Assembly: GCF_902713615.1 (NCBI RefSeq)
Contig: NC_052162.1
Span: 128,922,653-128,986,494, forward strand
Source: Scyliorhinus canicula
Taxonomy: Eukaryota
Direction of reading: 5' to 3'
Length of the DNA: 63,842 bases
Shown piece by piece: positions 58,919 through 63,842 of the stretch; the stretch's first letter is position 1; every line of letters begins with the position of its first letter. Made by a program: the position numbers and the translations under genes. The notes under the pieces were generated by a model. That model did not search any database and was not told the origin of the DNA. It worked only from the letters and a program-made list of their open reading frames with translations.

Positions 58919-61284
58919 GCTGTACCTGTCCTGGGAGTGTTTGATGGGGACAGTGTAGAGGGAGCTTTGCTCTGTATCTAACCCTGTGCTGTACCTGTCC
59001 TGGGAGTGTTTGATGGGGACAGTGTAGAGGGAGCTTTACTCTGTATCTAACCCTGTGCTGTACCTGTCCTGGGAGTGTTTGATGGGGACAGTGTAGAGGG
59101 AGCTTTACTCTGTATCTAACCCCGTGCTGTACCTGTCCTGGGAGTGTTTGATGGGGACAGTGTAGAGGGAGCTTTACTCTGTATCTAACACCGTGCTGTA
59201 CCTGTCCTGGGAGTGTTTGATGGGGACAGTGTAGAGGGAGCTTTACTCTGTATCTAACACCGTGCTGTACCTGTCCTGGGAGTGTTTGATGGGGACAATG
59301 TAGAGGGAGCTTTACTCTGTATCTAACCCCGTGCTGTACCTGTCCTGGGAGTGTTTGATGGGGACAGTGTAGAGGGAGCTTTACTCTGTATCTAACACCG
59401 TGCTGTACCTGTCCTGGGAGTGTTGATGGGGACAGTGTAGAGGGAGCTTTACTCTGTATCTAACACCGTGCTGTACCTGTCCTGGGAGTGTTTGATGGGG
59501 ACAATGTAGAGGGAGCTTTACTCTGTATCTAACCCCGTGCTGTCCCTGTCCTGGGAGTGTTTGATGGGGAAGGTGTAGAGGGAGGTTTACTCTGTATCTA
59601 ACCCCGTGCTGTACCTGTCCTGGGAGTGTTTGATGGGGACAGTGTAGAGGGAGCTTTACTCTGTATCTAACCCCGTGCTGTACCTGTCCTGGGAGTGTTT
59701 GATGGGGGCAGTGTAGAGGGAGCTTTACTCTGTATCTAACCCCGTGCTGTACCTGTCCTGGGAGTGTTTGATGGGGACAGTGTAGAGGGAGCTTTACTCT
59801 GTATCTAACCCCGTGCTCTACCTGTCCTGGGAGTGTTTGATGGGGACAGTGTAGAGGGAGCTTTATTCTGTATCTAACCCCATGCTGTACCTGTCCTGGG
59901 AGTGTTTGATGGGGACAGTGTAGAGGGAGCTTTACTCTGTGTCTAACCCCGTGCTGTACCTATCCTGGGAGTGTTTGATGGGGACAGTGTAGAGGGAGCT
60001 TTACTCTGTATCTAACCCCGTGCTGTACCTGTCCTGGGAGTGTTTGATGGGGACAGTGTAGAGGGAGCTTTACTCTGTATCTAACCCCGTGCTGTACCTG
60101 TCCTGGGAGTGTTTGATGGGGACAGTGTAGAGGGAGCTTTATTCTGTATCTAACCCCGTGCTGTACCTGTCCTGGGAGTGTTCGATGGGGGACAGTGTAG
60201 AGGGAGCTTTACTCTGTATCTAACCCCGTGCTGTACCTGTCCTGGGTGTGTTTGATGGGGACAGTGTAGAGGGAGCTTTACTCTGTATCTAACCCCGTGC
60301 TGTACCTGTCCTGGGAGTGTTTGATGGGGACAGTGTAGAGGGAGCATTACTCTGTATCTAACCCCGTGCTGTACCTGTCCTGGGAGTGTTTGATGGGGAC
60401 AGTGTAGAGGGAGCTTTACTCTGTATCTAACCCCGTGCTGTACCTGTCCTGGGAGTGTTCGATGGGGGACAGTGTAGAGGGAGCTTTACTCTGTATCTAA
60501 CCCCGTGCTGTACCTGTCCTGGGTGTGTTTGATGGGGACAGTGTAGAGGGAGCTTTACTCTGTATCTAACCCCGTGCTGTACCTGTCCTGGGAGTGTTTG
60601 ATGGGGACAGTGTAGAGGGAGCATTACTCTGTATCTAACCCCGTGCTGTACCTGTCCTGGGAGTGTTTGATGGGGACAGTGTAGAGGGAGCTTTACTCTG
60701 TATCTAACCCCGTGCTGTACCTGTCCTGGGAGTGTTTGATTGGGGACAGTGTAGAGGGAGCTTTACTCTGTATCTAACCCCGTGTTGTACCTGTCCTGGG
60801 AGTGTTTGATTGGGGACAGTGTAGAGGGAGCTTTACTCTGTATCTAACCCCGTGCTGTACCTGTCCTGGGATTGTTTGATTGGGGACAGTGTAGAGGGAG
60901 CTTTACTCTGTATCTAACCCCGTGCTGTACCTGTCCTGGGAGTGTTTGATGGGGGACAGTGTAGAGGGAGCTTTACTCTGTATCTAACCCCGTGCTGTAC
61001 CTGTCCTGGGAGTGTTCGATGGGGGACAGTGTAGAGGGAGCTTTACTCTGTATCTAACCCCGTGTTGTACCTGTCCTGGGAGTGTTTGATGGGGACAGTG
61101 TAGAGGGAGCTTTACTCTGTATCTAACCCCGTGTTGTACCTGTCCTGGGAGTGTTTGATGGGGACAGTGTAGAGGGAGCTTTACTCTGTATCTAACCCCG
61201 TGCTGTACCTGTCCTGGGAGTGTTTGATGGGGGACAGTGTAGAGGGAGCTTTACTCTGTATCTAACCCTCTGCTGTACCTGTCT
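58919..61284 (-). repeat. 69-bp satellite, array 2 (inverted relative to array 1)
   Basis: Reverse complement of the 42183-44299 unit. Confidence 0.98.
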
Positions 61285-62114
61285 TGGGGGGGGGCGGTCT
61301 CAGTCGGGGTCGGACCTGGACATCGGAGGACACTAGCATGTGGAGGCATTTGCTCGCTCCACAGCATCCTCACTCTCACCAGGCAAGCCTCCTTCAACAG
61401 TAACACAAACGTCAGGGACCAAAACAGAGCTACAATTCGAAGGAACAGCTGTCAAAACAGACGCCGAGAGTGAGGGCTGGGCCCAGCGGTCCTCGCAGCA
61501 CAAGGGCACTTTGGGGAGCCCAGCTTGAAACCTGAGAAAGCTCACAAATAAAGGTCAACACGGCTTTTGTGGGAGGTCGGGCATGCTTGCCTGCCTAATC
61601 TGTTTATTAGTTGGCCTGTGCCTGTAACTCCGCGTCCTTTCTGCCTCCTGCCCGCCTTTCAGCGCCTGGGGATAGGTCGTTGCCAGGGCGATGGGGTTCC
61701 TTTGTGCACCGGTGTGCCCGGGGGGGGGCAGTTCACCCACGTTTTCAGGAAGGCAACAATGTCGGTAGGACAGGCTCTCTCATCTACCCAACCCCCCCAG
61801 CCCTCTCTCCTCTCCGCCCTTTCCTCCATCCTGCTCCATGCCGGCGTCCGGCATTAAACCTCCCCACGACCCCCCCCCCCAAACACCACCAAAGAGTTCA
61901 GGGGTGAAAGGTCAGCATCTCCGCAGTCCCCTCTTCCTCCCGCCCTGTCGCGTTTTGGCTCCCACCAGGCTTGTTGACACCTTGAGGAGCTCTGAGACTG
62001 GCACTGGCTCCATTGTTGGGGGAGCGGCCAAGCAGGACATTCAAGGTAGGCAGGGTTCCGCTTCTTCACATTCTGCGCCGGGACATGGGCGTCGCCGGCG
62101 TGACTCCAGAAATA

Positions 62115-62460
62115 GGGGCGGCACGGTGGCACAGTGGGAGTCGGCATAGTGGTTAGCACCACCGTCTCACAGCACTAGGGTCCGAGGGCGACTGTCTGCG
62201 TGGAGTTTGCACGTTCTCCCCGTGTGTGCGAGGGTTTCCTCCGGTTGCCCCAGTTGCCTCCACAGTCCGAAGATGTGCGGGTTAGGTGGATTGGTCAGGA
62301 TAAATTGACGCTTAGTGTCCAAAGGATTCGGTGGGGTTGCGGGGATCGGGTGGGGGGAGAGGGGGGGGGGGGGGGGGGGCCTGGTTAGGGTGCTCTTTCA
62401 GAGGGTCGATGTAGACCTGATGGGCCGAATGGCCTCCTTCACCATTGTAGGGATTCTGTG
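62115..62460 (+). mobile_element. Diverged tRNA-head SINE (CR1-like tail)
   Basis: Duplicated head segment; body as in other copies. Confidence 0.8.
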
Positions 62461-62629
62461 GGTCGCCCCACTCCATCCCGAATTACCCCCATGAATTTAG
62501 GTTCTCCAATGACTCAGCCATTTGAGAGAGGAGGTTGGGGGGGAGGCAGGTTAAAGGTCAACCACATTTCTGTGCAGGCAGGGGGCCAGGAGTGTAGGCC
62601 AGACCAGGAGGTAAGGAGGGGCGAGCTCC

Positions 62630-62824
62630 TTTTTTTCCAATTAGGGGGCAATTTAGCGTGGCCAATCCACCTAACCAGCACATTTTTGGGTTGTGGGGGC
62701 GAAACCCACGCAGACACGGGGAGAATGTGCAAACTCCACACGGACAGTGACCCGGGGCTGGGATCGAACCTGGGACCTCGGCGCCGAGAGGCGGCAGTGC
62801 TAACCACTGCGCCACCGCACTGCC
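62630..62824 (-). mobile_element. tRNA-head SINE (tail 3, truncated)
   Basis: Similar to 14352-14578. Confidence 0.85.
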
Positions 62825-63195
62825 TTCTTCATTGCAGTGTTAATGTAAGCCTACTCGTGACACTAATAAAGATTGTTATCATTTTTGATGACAGTCAATG
62901 AAACCACTCTCTTCCCCAATACGCGGGATTGGGGAGTCGGGTGGGGGGGGGGGGGGGGGCTCAAAGGGCGCTGCTGTGGTATCCTGGCCCAGGGGATTGG
63001 CGTGCAGATGCCTTTGTTCGGGGCTGCCAGGCACACACCTGCCAGAAGCCCCCACCCTGACCACGTGCGGGGTTGGAGGCTGAGGGGTGGAGGGATTGTT
63101 GGGTGTGAGTACATGGGGTGGGGGGGGGTTGGAAGTCTGGTGCAGTGATCCTGACAGACTCCTCACCGCTGGGTTGCAGAACAGGATCAACGAGA

Positions 63196-63418
63196 GGGCA
63201 GCACGGTGGCCTAGTGGTTAGCATAACCGCCTCACGGCGCTGAGGTCCCAGGTTCGATCCCAGCCCTGGGTCACTGTCCGTGTGGAGTTTGTACATTCTC
63301 CCCGTGTCTGCGTGGGTTTCGCCCCCACAACCCAAAGATGTGCAGGGTAGGTGGATTGGCCACGCTAAATTGCCCCTTAATTGGAAAAAATAATTGGGGA
63401 ATCTAAATTTTAAAAAAA
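63196..63418 (+). mobile_element. tRNA-head SINE (tail 3) with 16-bp TSD
   Basis: GAACAGGATC(A/G)ACGAG on both sides (63179-63194 and 63419-63434). Confidence 0.92.
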
Positions 63419-63510
63419 GAACAGGATCGACGAGGAAATAGTAAAACAGTGTGTCAACGACAGAGAGATAGGGAGAGAGACAGACAGAGGGAGATAGACA
63501 AAGAGAGATA

Positions 63511-63842
63511 GGGAGCGGGATTCACCGCAATCGGCCATTCGGCCCGAGGCCGGCGCCAAGAACGGCCCCGAACCACTCCGGCGTCGGGCCAAGCGGAAGT
63601 AGCGGAGTTCTCTGCACTTCCGGGGGCTGGGCCGGGGCCAGAGGAGTTGGTGCCGTGCCAGACGACTGCGCGAGTTAGCGCATGCGCAGAACGCAATGGG
63701 CCGAGTGGCCGCCCGTTTTCGGAGGGTCCCGCCAGCGTAATTCACAACAGGTCCTTACCGGAAGGACCTGGCTCCACGGGCGGCCTGCAGAGTCATTGGG
63801 GAGGGGAGCCCGGGGTGAGCTGGCCCCGGGGGGGAGGGGGGG
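63511..63842. mobile_element. GC-rich TIR element, copy 5 (runs off the window end)
   Basis: Left TIR-like GGGAGCGGGATTCACC; catgcgcag core. Confidence 0.6.

Noticed and set aside
61370-61390. SLSPGK as an IgG-like heavy-chain C-terminus; IVGG (62014 and ~53610) as a serine-protease N-terminus
   Set aside because: Short chance matches with no Ig fold or protease motifs nearby.
1234-63842. Numerous poly-C/poly-G runs as a signal
   Set aside because: Ubiquitous across repeats and unique DNA alike, and homopolymer lengths are unreliable.

Overview
Repeat-dense vertebrate DNA, most likely from a cartilaginous fish (shark-type SINEs, CR1 LINEs and satellites, plus a cluster-type Ig gene). The only gene I can support with confidence is one unrearranged immunoglobulin light-chain cluster on the + strand. 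It comprises a V exon (111-429) with a 12-bp RSS, a J segment (739-777) with a 24-bp-spacer RSS, a C exon (5553-5884) and a poly(A) signal at 6697. The leader exon lies upstream of the window. From recalled sequences it most resembles the sigma-cart/sigma-2 (type I/NS5) isotype but is strongly divergent, and its J has TGNG in place of the canonical FGXG. The remaining ~57 kb holds large minisatellite arrays (33, 32/34, 33, 46, 15, 48/50 and 69 bp units) and a decayed Gmr1-type Gypsy retrotransposon with PR-IN-RT order. It also has four solo LTRs with target-site duplications, many CR1/L2 fragments, modular tRNA-SINEs, one hAT MITE, five copies of a GC-rich TIR element and a partly N-masked 18S rRNA fragment. 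A few splice-site-bounded segments cannot be assigned to any gene. The long ORFs in the track are tandem-repeat artefacts. No databases were searched: all family assignments come from motif reading and recalled consensus sequences.
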